Assembly (NCBI GenBank): GCA_020137815.1
Contig: CM035362.1
Coordinates: 1,922,001 to 1,986,000 of the forward strand
Source of the DNA: Hormiphora californensis
Lineage: Eukaryota > Animalia > Ctenophora
Direction of reading: 5' to 3'
DNA: 64,000 nt
Every line of letters begins with the position of its first letter. The stretch's first letter is position 1. Below the pieces are notes generated by a model. That model saw only the letters and a list, made by a program, of their open reading frames with translations. It was not told where the DNA came from and ran no database searches. Positions 1 to 19,300 of this stretch are shown one piece after another. The translations under genes and the position numbers were made by a program.

Positions 1-449
1 GCGTGCCACAGCCGCGCTTTTAGTGTGCGACAGTGCACTCAGATCTTGTTGAGTACCCAACAACTCAGATCGGGTAGGTGCTGCCAGGCAGTATCACAAG
101 GATTGATAATGATGGTGTATGTACTATGTGTGATGATCTCTTTTTTTCGATAGGTGCTTTTTTGAGCCGAAACTCCTGAATTTACTTTTGCAGATGCAAC
201 AATTAATCAATTTACAATTCTCACAACATCAACAACTAGAACTAAATAAATAACATGCAGAATCAAATAGTTCAGTAAGCTCAATCAGCATCGTTTAGTT
301 CAGACTTTGATTGAGAGTCACGGGCTTTGTGAATGAACAGTAGACTCTGGACTCTGGACTCTGGCCACGCGATGGAGAGATCTCAGGAATTATTAGGATG
401 GCCATGGGGGGAAGTTCCTGGTCATGATATTGCTCCTTCCAGTATCTCC

Positions 450-2052
450 TCAAAGAGCATGAGACGAAGCAGCTATCTTACTACTTGCCGTCACCGCACT
501 AAATCCCCTAACAACCCCCGCCCTTAACTTACTGCCTCGTGCCAGCAATACCACTGGGTTAGCCACTGCATTCCACCAGGGCAGCAACCAAGACAGGGTG
601 AAGACAAGCGGGTATTGTGGCTCTGAGTACATACCCAGTGTTGGATCTATTATCAAGTAGGCGGCCAGGGATGAGGAGTTAAAAACAAGGAATGTGGTGG
701 TTAGGATCAGGATTGTGATAGTAATAGACCTCTGGTAGATGGTACTCCCGGTACCGGTGAACCGTTTTGATTGCAACAGAATGTACCCTTGGTGGATACA
801 ACACAGTGTGCAAATCAGAGCGGGTAGGAGGAAGGGAGCGATTGAAGTTAGAATGTGGGTGTAGTATAACTCTTTGTGGTCGTTTGGTAGTATTTTGAAG
901 ACGTTGTGCCGTATTTCGGTGAGGATTTCTTCACCACAGGAATTCCACCAAAGAACCTTATTCTCCAGGTTCCCTATCTGTGAAATATATTTAGGGGTTC
1001 AAAGAGAACCTACGAGGTTGAATTGACAGATGTTTTTTGATCGAATCTAAAATCCTCCTAGTCCTCTATTTAGAAGCTCTAAAAGGATCCAACTTACCGG
1101 TCGGATAAGGTCAGGAAGGAGGAAGAGAGAACACAGCACTGGGTAGGTTAGAGCAGCAAAAACAACGAGCTTGAAGTTGATGGTGAAGAAGGGGTTCGCC
1201 ATGTGGATACCTGAAATTGAGAAGAGAGAGAGAGAGAGAGAGGGGGGGAAGAGAGACAGGGAGGGAGGAGACATAAACAGAGATTCAGACAGAAAAACTT
1301 GATCAATAAAGAACCTCTGATCTTTAGCTTACCTCTAACAACAGCGAGCATGGTAGTAAGAAACGCACTGGTCCTCAAACACACATTACCCAGGAAGAAG
1401 ACTCCAAAAAGGAGCACCGAGTGAAGGGGTGTGAAGGTGTCGGTAGCAAGACGGAGTGAGAAGTAGAGGGCAGCCAGGAGTGATGTGACGCCTGTTAGGG
1501 CATCTGTGATGGATAGACAGACGTACATGAAGGGAACTGGAGCTTTCATCTGAAGAGAGGGAGGGAGATTTAGGGACCAACTTACAAAAAGTTCCCGGGT
1601 ATGTAAGGGGCACAAAACTTAAAGTTTTATTGTTTGGGTATTGCAATTGGTGAATAAGTTCTCACATTTTTAATGTAAAATGAAGTTATAAAGGGGTTTA
1701 AGAAGACTGCAGCTATCCCCACTAAATAGCACGATCCACCGAACGCCATTAGAATCTCATTAGACAGCGCTACCGGATCTTGTGACGACTGAAATAGTGT
1801 AGTTTTTGTAAAGTTAGGGACGATCTGTCTGGCGGCGCCACTGACCCCGTTTTAATTCTCAGTGCGTTTAGATCGGGTCGGCGGCGCCAGATAGTGGTAG
1901 ATAGACTAGAGCAAGAAAAGATGGGGAAAAGATAGGGAAAAGATAGTAAGGGAAGATAGTAAGGGAAGATCTATAACATAAAAGTAGTTAGTTACCGTTA
2001 TTGGTTCTGCCGTCTTTATATCGTCCGGAATTGGAGGAATAGATTCATCCAT
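450..2052 (-). CDS. Rhodopsin-class (family A) orphan GPCR, 5 exons
   Basis: Exons 2052-1996, 1788-1666, 1549-1333, 1210-1098 and 977-450 join in frame at GT-AG sites. The protein has seven hydrophobic segments: TM1 ...AAVFLNPF, TM2 LSITDALTG, TM3 ...LAVVRG, TM5 APFLLPALIC, TM7 NAVANPVVL (NPxxY-like). An alternative ATG lies at 2061. Confidence 0.85.
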
Positions 2053-4649
2053 TTGAATCATTTTTACAACTCTGATATGGCTACGGAGATTGGAGTTATA
2101 TAATAGGGACGGGGCGATTAGATGGCTGATTAGGATTCCCCTCACAGTCTCAGAAGCAGTATACTTAACTGTTCAACACAGCTGTATAGTGTTTAATAGA
2201 CCTTTAAGTTGTGTTATAATCAGATACAAAATACTGATACAAAGACAAAGACGAGTCAATGAGAGAGGGTGGGGACAACCAAAGTCAAGTACTATGAACT
2301 CTAGACTTGACTAGAATGGGGGAGAGAGAGAGAGAGAGAGACTAGAGGGGAGGGAGAGGTGACAGCTGTACTCAACTCAATGACCTATTGCCCCCTCCTC
2401 CCCTCTCTAAAGATGATATTGAGAGAGACTAGAGAGAGAGACTCTTTCTCTCTATCCCCCCCCCCTATAACAATAAATATAATGACCACAGACCAGGAGC
2501 ACTTCTCACCTCTCCCCCCTGGCATATTATATTAACTACTAACTAGGCAGGTGTATTCGAACCCTGTAAATGTATAGCCAGTGGCATCTGAATAATTATT
2601 ATTTTCCTAGAGATTCGCTATATCATTGTTATAGGCATAGTTCTAATTTTTCTACTCTACTTATCCTACTTTATAATGATCCATATTTTTTTTGTTGAAA
2701 AAAGTGGCACTAGGCAGCTGCAAGTTGTCGAGTATGGGACTGGGTGGGACCCCTTACTCAACAAGTGGCAAGAGCAATGAAAATATAAAGATATGAGCAC
2801 AATATAATGATCAGGTCACGATCATTGGTGGTCGACCCCAGTCGACTATATAGTTCTGGCTGCTACAGCTGTACTGCCATTATTCGACTTTTGACCTTGT
2901 CATCACAAGACATTCTGTAAAGAGGTATAGTGGGGTGCTAAAATCCAAATAAAACTGGACAAGAAATGTGCTGAAAGGAACAAAGTCACTAGGGCATGTC
3001 CCGTTATTTAGTGATAGAGAGACTGAAAAGATAGAGACTGAGACTAAATAATAGATAGAGAGTTAGGAGAGATTCACTCCCTAAATAGATAGGAGAGTTT
3101 CAGATAGATAGAGAGTTAGGAGAGATTCAGCCCCTAAATAGATAGTGAGTTAGGAGAGTTTCAGATAGATAGAAGGTAGGAGAGAAGGCCGAGACAGTTT
3201 AGGGGAACTGCACCCTCGAACCAGGTGGTACTATAACAATTGTTGAGCTCCCATCCTAGACTTCCATAGAGAAAGAGGGGGAGGGGAGAAACTTTCGTGC
3301 TTTAAAGAGGGGGTAGGGGAGATAAACACTGGAGGAACGTTCAATACTTCACCTATTTGGCTGCGAAGCAGCCCCTCCGCAGGGGTTCGCGAAAAATCGC
3401 GCGCGAAAAAAGAAGGCGCGACGTGCCCAATTCACCTATAAATACTCCAGAGCCAAGATTACAAAATCGGAAACGAATTAGCGAAGTAGTCATCAGTATC
3501 AAGACGGCCTTTGTAGTCCCGCCCAACTATAAATAAACCCAGCACCTGCAGTATAGTTGTTTGCATTATTTTCCCATTCTCATTAGTTATGAATAATGAC
3601 ATGTTCTAGCAATCATTCGCAATTCATTATGTCACAGGGGGGGCAGGTGTTCTTATCTGCATTCACAGGGCGGTATTATATTGTAACACATTGGGCATAC
3701 AACTTTCGAAAACATATTACTGATTACCGTTACAGTGGGTGAAATTGACAGACAAGAATCAAATCACCCATGGCCCCCCTACCCGGCCCCGTGACCCGGT
3801 CTGATCCAATAACAGCCAGATAGGTCCTTATTATCCTGTTTTTGTAATGAATTGAAAGCTCCAAAACTTTCTATTTAAAATGAGAGTTCTTGGTGTTATT
3901 GTTACAGCTGAAATATAACAACACTTTGACGCTTGTCAGCGCGTTTGAGTAGCTCTGCTTCCTCCCCGCGCGCGTTTGATTTGAGACCAGTGGATTGCGC
4001 GAAAATGGGGGTCTTTTGAATAGAACCGAGACTTCGCGCGTTACAAATGTGCGATGCTATTGACACATGTCGAGAGAGAGACTGTGAGACCCGCATACCT
4101 CTCGGCGACCTGGTGACAGGTAGATGTGAAATTGAGAACATTTACCAATCGTGTGATATAATACCGGGGTGGCAGAGTGAGATTTAGGATTTTATAGGAT
4201 CTTTGCAGCAGCTGGGAAGATAAGAGAGGTGGGGCAGACGAATGACTATGACGCCGCCACCCCTTACATGTCACAAGATGAATTATAGTATTTACCCTGC
4301 CATGCTGCTAGGGGGTCGGGAGAGAGATAAGGGGGTGACAGTTTATTTTATCGTTTGGACCTTGGTGTAGATAAAATTAGAAGACGAAAATTTACACTTT
4401 TGTAAAAACAGACCAATATTTTCACAATTTCATGAGTCGAAAAAAATGCAAACAAACTCTCACACACAAAACATGTCAAACTGTGTCTATCGGATGACTT
4501 CAAACAATCTCTCTGACTCTAAATCTACATATTTTCTGTATTTCTTTATCTCTCTGTTACTCTCTGTTTCTCTCTATTTCTCTATGCTTCTCTCTCTCTG
4601 TTTCTCTCTCTGTTTCTCTCTCTCTCTCTCTCTCTCTCCCTCTCTCTCC

Positions 4650-4681
<32 letters not shown>

Positions 4682-5060
4682 ACTTTTCTACCATGGCGGG
4701 TGAAATTGTAAAAAGTACTGTCCCTGACTCTCAACTCTGTACACTACTATTATATGATAATGTCTCTCCAAGTACTTTGTACAACACAAACTTGCCCCCT
4801 TTCACAAGCAATCCGGATCACGTTCTGACAATTCATTTCCTCTTCTTATACCCAGATATCAGATGATACAGTGGAAATTGTCAATCTGGAAACTAGCCAA
4901 ATATCTGTCCCCTTCTCTCCGTCAACAAAGCGATCTCATCTTACTGATCACTCCCCTCACTTTCTCCTGAAATGCAGTGTTACAAGTTAGAGGGAGGTGG
5001 TGTATTGGTTAGACGGGGGGAGGAGGGCAGGGGAGATAGGGTAAAACTTTTTTGTTCAAA

Positions 5061-5133
<73 letters not shown>

Positions 5134-5669
5134 CGAATCAACAAGGGAAAGTAAAACTTCGTATAATTTCGTTACCGGACGGTAAAACCAACACACGCAG
5201 GATAATTATAAACCCCCGTGGACAAATTATGTTTTGGGCAAATAGCCAAGAGGGGACACACACACAGACTCCCCCTCTCGCCTTGTTGTAATGGTCATTA
5301 GTCTGTAGTAGTAGCCGACTACCATTTTGTATAACACACTGACGAGCATGCTGCGTGCAACGGTCTTGATATTGTATTGTGTGATGGTGACACACACACA
5401 GACGATCGAACCAACAAACAAACCAACACAATTTGAGTCATACAAACAAACTAACACAGAGCTAGCAGGAGGGACCAGGTGTGAGGTGTGATACAAACAA
5501 ATAAACTAGAAGTGGTATCAGGTATTTATCTTCCTACTACATTCCACTTCGCAGCTCACTTCCATCAGTTTTAAACTTAAAAGTTCCCTGGACCCTCACA
5601 TTTTATCACTACTTTAACAACAGAATGTGTATTTTAAACTAACATTAAAACCATGTTAAACTAACCTCT

Positions 5670-11816
<6,147 letters not shown>

Positions 11817-11966
11817 CCTAAATAATATTTGGGGAGTGAACATCAGAAACACGGCGGAAGTCAGAAGACTGAAGAAATGAGATGAAAGAAGAAAGTGGAA
11901 TAAAACCAAAACATGTTTTAAGAATAATAAATTAAACATAGAATAAAACAACTCTAAATATGATCA

Positions 11967-12608
11967 TCAACCCACCATACTTCTCTTTCTCCCCCTCAAC
12001 CTTATCTCGTCTAACTTCACAAAAATCTTCTTATGCGAGCTGTAACTTTTCCTATAACCCACCCATATGGCCTCTAACAGCTCCTCACATTTTGGGTGGG
12101 TTGACAGGAAAGCCTTTTCCAACACATACAGATCTACTCCCTTATCCTCAACGAGGGATGATGTCGTACTCAGCCCAAAATCAATAATAACCGGAGTTCC
12201 GTCATCTCTGATCAGTATGTTTGATGTCGTGAGATCACCATGAATCAAATCTCCGCTATGTAGTTTTCCTAGCTCCCTCCCCACTGCCTCGCACGCTGTA
12301 ACAACACCGGCAGACTGTTGGTCAATAAAGTCTTTCAGTACGGTCGAATCTCGAAGATATTCCAGGTAGATCGTGCTTGTGATTTGGTCAACAAAGTACA
12401 CAGTCGGAGTTCGAACACCCAGGGCTCGACTCTTTTGGATTGCCCTACATTCTTGAGTTAATCTCCGTTGGGTTAGCTTTTCATCTAAAACTGGGTGTCT
12501 GTAGGCTTTCTTGAATCTTACTTTGGCGAGACAAGGGCGTCCCATGAAAGTCGTTTCATAAATTTTTCCTTCGGCGCCCTGCTTTATTAGCTTTTCTTGA
12601 CTTAACAT
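11967..12608 (-). CDS. TP53RK: TP53-regulating kinase / Bud32 (KEOPS complex), intronless, 213 aa
   Basis: Motifs: IKQGAEG, KVRFKKAYRHPVLDEKLT, IHGDLTTSNIL, IDFGLS, EDKGVDLYVLEKAFLSTHP, C-terminal RLRGRKRSMVG. Confidence 0.97.
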   Translation of the reverse strand: MLSQEKLIKQGAEGKIYETTFMGRPCLAKVRFKKAYRHPVLDEKLTQRRLTQECRAIQKSRALGVRTPTVYFVDQITSTIYLEYLRDSTVLKDFIDQQSAGVVTACEAVGRELGKLHSGDLIHGDLTTSNILIRDDGTPVIIDFGLSTTSSLVEDKGVDLYVLEKAFLSTHPKCEELLEAIWVGYRKSYSSHKKIFVKLDEIRLRGRKRSMVG

Positions 12609-12734
12609 GTCTCCTGGGCCTAGGGGAAATAAAACTTAAGAACTACAAAATGGAATTTACCACAAAGCAATGACACAGAGTGTCAAAGACCAAAATCCCA
12701 AAACATTAAACAATCACCGCTCAGAGCGTGTGTA

Positions 12735-13160
12735 GATCTCTTAGTTCGTAAAACGTGTTTTTCAACATAATGGCAATAACTTATCGATCTACCTGGCGGC
12801 TGGCCCCTAGGGAGAACTGAGAACTTGGTGACTGCAACAAAATCTCAACGAAAGTGCCCGTTTTGAAAAAAAAAATAAATAAAAAACGTGAAATTATTTT
12901 CAATTTTTTTATGCGCTGCAAACACCGTCACGCGCTGCGCGGTGTAAATCTGATCTGAATTTCGAAATCGCGTTTCCAAATTTTTTAAACACTTTTTAAA
13001 AGTTTTTTTTGTAAAAACTAAAATCTTCGTTTTTGCGGGCCTTACTACTTTTAAAATGCGCCAAATGAACCGGCAATACACGTGACGCTCCTTTTAGACA
13101 CACAATAATGTAGATGGGAAGTTTCAAAACCATTTTTTGAAATTTGGTGAGCTCAAAGGC
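12735..13160 (+). repeat. ~430-bp dispersed repeat; second direct copy at ~15840-16275
   Basis: Shared blocks GGCAATAACTTATCGATCT, CGTGAAATTATTTTCAATTTTTTATGCGCTGCAAACAC...GTAAATCTGATCTGAATTTCGAAATCGCG...TTTTTTGAAATTTGGTG.GCTCAAAGGC. Confidence 0.8.
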
Positions 13161-13173
13161 GTAAAAACCGATT

Positions 13174-14753
13174 TTGATGAAAACAACACAGATGACGTGT
13201 TCAGACCGCAGACGACTCCAGCGATGTTTCAAACACATTCAATGGTGGATGGGAGAGAACTTTTTAAAGTTAAACCCTTCAAAGACCGAAGTTCTAGTGC
13301 TGAGCAACAAAGCGGACAAGTCAAACATTCCAGAAACGTTATGTTTAGATCCTGCCGAAGAAGACTTCAAAGTAGCAGAAACAGCAAGAAACCTTGGGAT
13401 TTGGTTTGACTCTAGGCTGTCAATGTCTGAACACATTTCCAGGACAGTCCGCTCTTGCTGGGCCCAGCTTTCAAACCTGTGGAGAATCGGAAACAGGCTA
13501 AATCGACAGACAAAGATCCAGTTGGTCCACACCCTGATCCATTCTCGCTTGGACTACGGAAACGCCCTACTGAAGCAAGCCTCGAAAAAAGATATAAACC
13601 GTCTACAGAAAGTTCAGAACAGCGCTGTCAGGTTCATCAACAACCACAGGAGACGACGAGGTGTAACGAAACTGAGGAGAGAACTGCACTTCCTTCCAGT
13701 GAACGCTAGGATTGACTTCAAGATATTGCTATTGACCTACAAGTGCATCAATGGATTAGCACCTCTATATCTGCAAGATCTCATCACACCGAGGACACAG
13801 ACTGGACGCAACCTTCGAAACGATAATGATCTGACACTTCTCGAAAGATCCTTCTCTTCTAAGTACCGTCAAACCAGTGCTGCATTCAGCATAAGTGCCC
13901 CAAAGCTCTGGAATGGACTTCCTCGAGGCATCCGTGAATCATCAACTGTGGAAATGTTTAAAACTAGATTAAAGACTCATCTTTTTAGACTAGCGTACGA
14001 GTGAATGATTGTTTTCGAACTTGTAACTTGAGTTTTTTACCTCATAGTATGTTTTCTTGAATTGAAAGGTTAAATTGTAACATGAGTTTACAACCTCATG
14101 ACGTGTGACTTTTCTTGAATTGAGAGGTTAAATTGTAACATGAGTTTTCTTCCTCATGACGTGTGACTTTCAATGTATATCTCCTATGCTGTATTATGAA
14201 CTTGTGTTTCTGAGTTGAGGCTGAGTTGAGACTGAGACTTTACTTTTGGAGCTCTTGTTTATTTATGACATGGAGTTGTTTCTGTATCACTGTGTGTGGT
14301 GTGTGAGTAATGAAATTCAGAATGAAATTGTATTGATATTAATTTTTCCATTTACTGAGCATGGGTTGAGAACGAGTTTCGAGTTCTGTTTGTATGTGTG
14401 TTACGGATTTCATTCCAGTGTTTCTGAATCAGCCTGTCGCATAGAGTGTGGAGGACTAGGTTCTGTTTAGGTAGGATCTTCTAGGTTTTACTGCTAGACA
14501 GTAGTTCGTATGTGTGTGTTTCTAACTGTTTTTTAACCAATTTTCTATATTAAACTAATCTAACCTTAATTTATTATCTCCGGCCATTATCTAAGCATAG
14601 CTTTTTATTTTATTATTCCAAGACGACCGCTTTAGTCGCGGTGGAGAGATGTTCATACAACACTAGCCATTAGGTTCTTTAGTTGTTTCCTCCATTTATA
14701 ACGCATAAAAGCGGTATATCAAATGTATATTATTATTATTATTATTATTATTA
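13174..14753 (+). mobile_element. 5'-truncated L2/CR1-group LINE (RT C-terminus at 13174-14004, 3' UTR, (TTA)n tail)
   Basis: The ORF contains LKLNPSKTEVL, ARNLGIWFDSRLSM, HSRLDYGNALL, LQKVQNSAVR, LHFLPV..RIDFKILLLTYK, AFS..APKLWNGLP and FKTRLKTHLF. The element ends in a (TTA)n microsatellite at ~14729-14753. Confidence 0.92.
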
Positions 14754-15368
14754 CTAGTAAACCCGTTCGCCCTACGGGCGAATTTCGGGGAAATGGTAGC
14801 TGGGTTAGGGAGCACTGACATCACCAGTCGAACTGTTGACATGCACCATCCCATCTTAAGTTACTGTACCGTAAAAGGAGCTCAGGCGGGATCGCTGCGA
14901 GTTTCAGAACGTCAGATGATGATGATCGGGCGATCAAAGTGATAAAAGAACTTACTATTTTGCAGACTCCTCGCGTTTCGTCTGTTTGCAGTATTCATCT
15001 GAGATTGATCATCGGTTCTGTCTAACCTCCAACGTCTTTTTTGTTGTCTCTGCACTTCTCTTGGTGTTGCTGTATTTAAATCCCTCAGTGTATGGAAAAG
15101 TAGAGAAAAGTAGTGAGATCTCCAATTGTCGCTTTCGTATATCAACGGTTGTTGAAGAGAGCATAATAGCTGGAACAGTGACACAATACAAAGCAAGAAC
15201 AGCTGCACGTGCAGCTGCAGTACGTAGTAACAATCCTTGGTAACGACTCAAACCCCTGGTCCCACTCCAGCTATAGTACTCCACCTCTAAACCTGCACGT
15301 GCAAAATGCCATATTTGGTAAAAATATCATCACCCATCATTTCCCTATTTGCTTTAATAATAGTATGA
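14754..15368 (-). mobile_element. Non-autonomous Helitron inserted in the LINE (TTA)n tail
   Basis: The minus strand begins TCATACTATTATTAAAGC and ends in hairpin CCCGTAGGGCGAACGGG plus CTAG. The (TTA)n tract resumes at ~15379. Confidence 0.6.
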
Positions 15369-16347
15369 TATGATATGATTATTATTATTATTATTTTTTC
15401 CCTGCCCGGGTGAATGCCGAAGGCATTCACCCGGATGCCTTTTTACTTTGTAAAAAGGCATAGCAGGGTTAGAATTCGAAAACGACATTTGGTATAAAAA
15501 ATCGGTAAGGGGCCAGGGGTCACCCTTTTTGGGGGCAACGGGCTAGCAAAAGCCGCGCACAACAACAGCCGGTGCTCCTTGATCCAAAACAAAAAACCGC
15601 GATCCTTGGACGTGGTGTGCGCCGCATCAACAAAAATGAAATAGCGCTGCCGCGCGTTTCCGCGTGTTACATAAACATGGTCATCTGCGAAGTCGAATGT
15701 GAAAGTTAGATAAGTAGTAGTCAACGTAGTAGCAAGGTCCCTGTGGTTCTAGCTCAGCATGTGATCTTAACTTCAAAATTTTTTCCCCAAAAAAGCGTCT
15801 TGCGGGAAGGGTGCTTTCAAAGTTTTCCGGTGGGGTGTGCAGATTTTTATTTGTAAAAAGTGTTTTTCGAAACAAGGGCAATAACTTATCGATCTATTGG
15901 GGCCCCTAGTGAAAACGGAAGGGTTTTGACGGAAAATTTTTACTTTAAAATTTTAAAAAAAACTCCCAAAAAAAAATTTTCCCCAAAAAGGGTGTTTTGA
16001 AAAACGCGACGTGAAATTATTTTCAATTTTTTATGCGCTGCAAACACGGTCACGCGCTGCGCGGCGTAAATCTGATCTGAATTTCGAAATCGCGTTTTCC
16101 AAATTTTTTAAACATTTTTAAAAAGTTTTTTGTAAAATCTTCGTTTTTGCTGGCCTTACTGCTTTTAAAACGCGCCAAATGAACCGGTAATGCACGTGAC
16201 GCTCCTTTTAGACACACAATAATGTTGATGGGCAATTTCAAAGCCATTTTTTGAAATTTGGTGCGCTCAAAGGCCGACTTTTTAAAAGGAAATACCGTCC
16301 TTAACTTGTTAATACTTATCTAAAACCAGTTAATTTAACAATAGATA

Positions 16348-19300
16348 ATGGATGATTCCAACGATGCAATGGAATCTGAGTCAGATAATGTTGTGACGTC
16401 TTCTGGAAAGAGCGAGGAGATGACGAAGAAAATATCACCTGCAAAACCACCCATGAAATTTGATCTTCTTTCATCAGTGAGTCATCAAGGTTCTACAACT
16501 GCAACCGCACTCGTTTTAGTTTTTAATTAAACTATTTACACCAAGATTGCCCCTTACAAAGGAGAGAAAATAATTTGAACATGGTGGTAGAGATTGGTGG
16601 GGTATTGTTATATGTTGTTGGTTCTATAATTCACTCTATAAATAATTTAATTACCCTCATTCCCAGGTTATGGGGCTTATGGAGGACACAAGTTCAGTTC
16701 TCTCTCCAGCTAGCAGCAGTGAAAACTACCCTGAACAACTCAACCTATCCACTGGTATGTGTTGGTTCGAGCATGTCACAGTGACAGGGTCACTCACAAT
16801 ACCCGTCGGGCTCAAGATTTTTTAAACTTAATTAGTGAAGAAAAATTTTAAATCAAGTTAGCAACAATTTCTAGCCTCCTACCTCCCGTTTCTGATATAT
16901 CAATGTTTTCAGATATAGAGTTTACAGACTCAGAATCAGATAGTTTAACAAGCAGACAGCCGGTTTGTGGTGGAATGCCCGGTTCAAAACACCTTCACAA
17001 GATACAGATACCATCGTTCTCCCCACAGAGGTAAATTTTATAGTTGGGCTCTAATTTTGTAATCAGTTTTACTTGTTCCTTTCCTTTTTTATTCCCGTCC
17101 CCTTTTTTGTTTGGCCTATTATACTACGTCCCCTATTCTGTCAGTCTTTCATTCGTGTCCAGTACACGAAGTCCACAGAGGTAAAATTGCAGTTACAACT
17201 TTCAATTTATCGGACTCATTTCTATTCAAGACATCAAACACATCACACACACACATGTATGTCAAATGTCGTCAGGCGTGTGCTGGATTACCAACAAACT
17301 GTGTGTACACGTGGTGTGGAGTTTGTAGAAAAAGCGAAATACTGTGGAAAACACGCGGTGTACAGTGTACACTGGTTAACACTAACTAACACACTTATAT
17401 AGTGTACTAGTACACTAGTACTAGTACACTAGTACACTCCAGTAAGGGGGTGAAATATTTTTACACGGAGAAGTTATAAAGAAGTTTCTTGTAACTTGTT
17501 TGTGTCATGTTTGTTTGTTTGTGTGTCAAAGTTTTCGATGTATTTCGGTTTTTCTACAATTTCCACACGTTGTGTTTGACTGTCGGCTGAGTTCAGAGAA
17601 ATAGGGAGAGAAAATAGAGATAGAAAGGGAAAAAGGAGAACAAAAAGAAAAAGGGGAGAGAAATAAACTGAAAGTACCTGGTCTTTTTATAAACGTACAA
17701 TTTACCACGAAGGTCAGTAACGGGCTCACGTTTTGCGATAAATAATCAGATTTTTTAGTTGTGTAAGGGCCGGAGAGAAAAGGGAGAAGATGGGGAGGGG
17801 GAGGGGAGGAGAGAAACAGATATAGAAATAGATAGAGATAGAGAGAAGCGGAGAGATTTAAAAGGAAGATAGAAAGAAGGTGTGTATGTACATTTTACGT
17901 GCTATTGAAAAAAAAAAAATTTTGCAGCTTGGTTACTTTTGGATCGTTGGGAAAAGGTAAAAGAAAAAAGGAGCCCCAGACGAAAAGCTTTTTCTCATTC
18001 AAAGTATGTAGTTGCTACTACAAAATTATAGAACCCGGGAACCCCTGAATTTTGTTTTTTGACCCACGATACCCAACCCAGCCCCCACGACATTTTCTTT
18101 GAATTTTCGAACAGATATTTACCCCCAAAACAGATTTGAGTATTTTTTTAGAATTTCTAAATTGATTTCATTCTGTAGAAATTTGAAATGTATGGTACTT
18201 TCAAGTACAGTATTTTCCTCGGGGAAGTTAAATACACCGGGTCACAAAGGGGGTTCTCCCCCCCCGCTTACGGGGGGGAAAAAACCTCAAGCTCATCTCT
18301 CCAAGTTTCCCCTCGAGCCTCTCTTCCCTCTCCTCTCCTTTTATCTCTCTCCTTCTCTCTCTTCTCTCTCCTCCTTTTCTCTTCTCCCGTCCTCTCCTCT
18401 TTTCTTTTTTCTCTCTCCTCTCCTCTTCCCTTCTCTTTCTCCTCCTCGTCTCTTTGTCCGACTAAACAAACCCCTTGCTTTTTTGGGTAACCCTTCATCC
18501 AGAAAAAAAAAAAGGGGGGGGGGGGTTAAAAGGGGGAAAAGAAAAAAACCGATCCCTCCCTCGACACGATAAAATGTTGGTCTGTGTCTCATGTCTCTCT
18601 CTTATTCAACCCCCCCTTTTAGGAGGATTCACCGCTCTTCCTTCCACCTGGAACCCCCCCCCCCTCGCTAACGCCTCCTATTCTCTCTTCTTATCTTTTC
18701 TCTCCTTTTTTTTCTTCGTTTCTCTCTCCCCTATCTTTTTTTTTCTCCTCTTCCTTCTTCTCTTCCCCCTCTCACCTCCCTTTCTCTCGGGTTTTCCCTC
18801 CCCCCCCCTTCCTCTCTCCCCCAAGTTCCATTCAGTTCTTTTCCGTTTTTTTTCTTCCTCACTTGTTTTTTTTGTTCGGTACGTCCAAAACCAAAAGTCA
18901 TCTCTCCCCCCCCTTTTACTCTATTATTTTCCTTCCAGTTTCTTAAAATTTTTTTTTATTTCCCCGTACCCCCTTGAGGGGCTATTGCCCAAAATGGGCA
19001 CATTCCGGGAAATTTCCACCTCCCTTTCCTCCTCTACTTCCAGTTCCTCACCTTCCATTTTTCGGTAAGGAGGTGATTGAATGAGATAAATAGGTAGGAA
19101 AATTAAGAATAAGTAGGGGAAAGTGGTAGGAAAGAGGTAGAGATAGAGTGAAAGAGATGAGATAGAGTAGAGATAGAGATGAGATAGGAAAAGAGTAGAG
19201 ATTAGAAATAGGATAGAGATGAATAGAGTAGGATAGAGATAGAGATAAGATAGAGATAGAGATAAGATAGAGATAGATAAATAGGATAGAGATAAACAAA

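Noticed and set aside
1-255. Possible 3' end of a plus-strand gene
   Set aside because: Splice-like signals are present, but the sequence is too short and has no recognisable motif.
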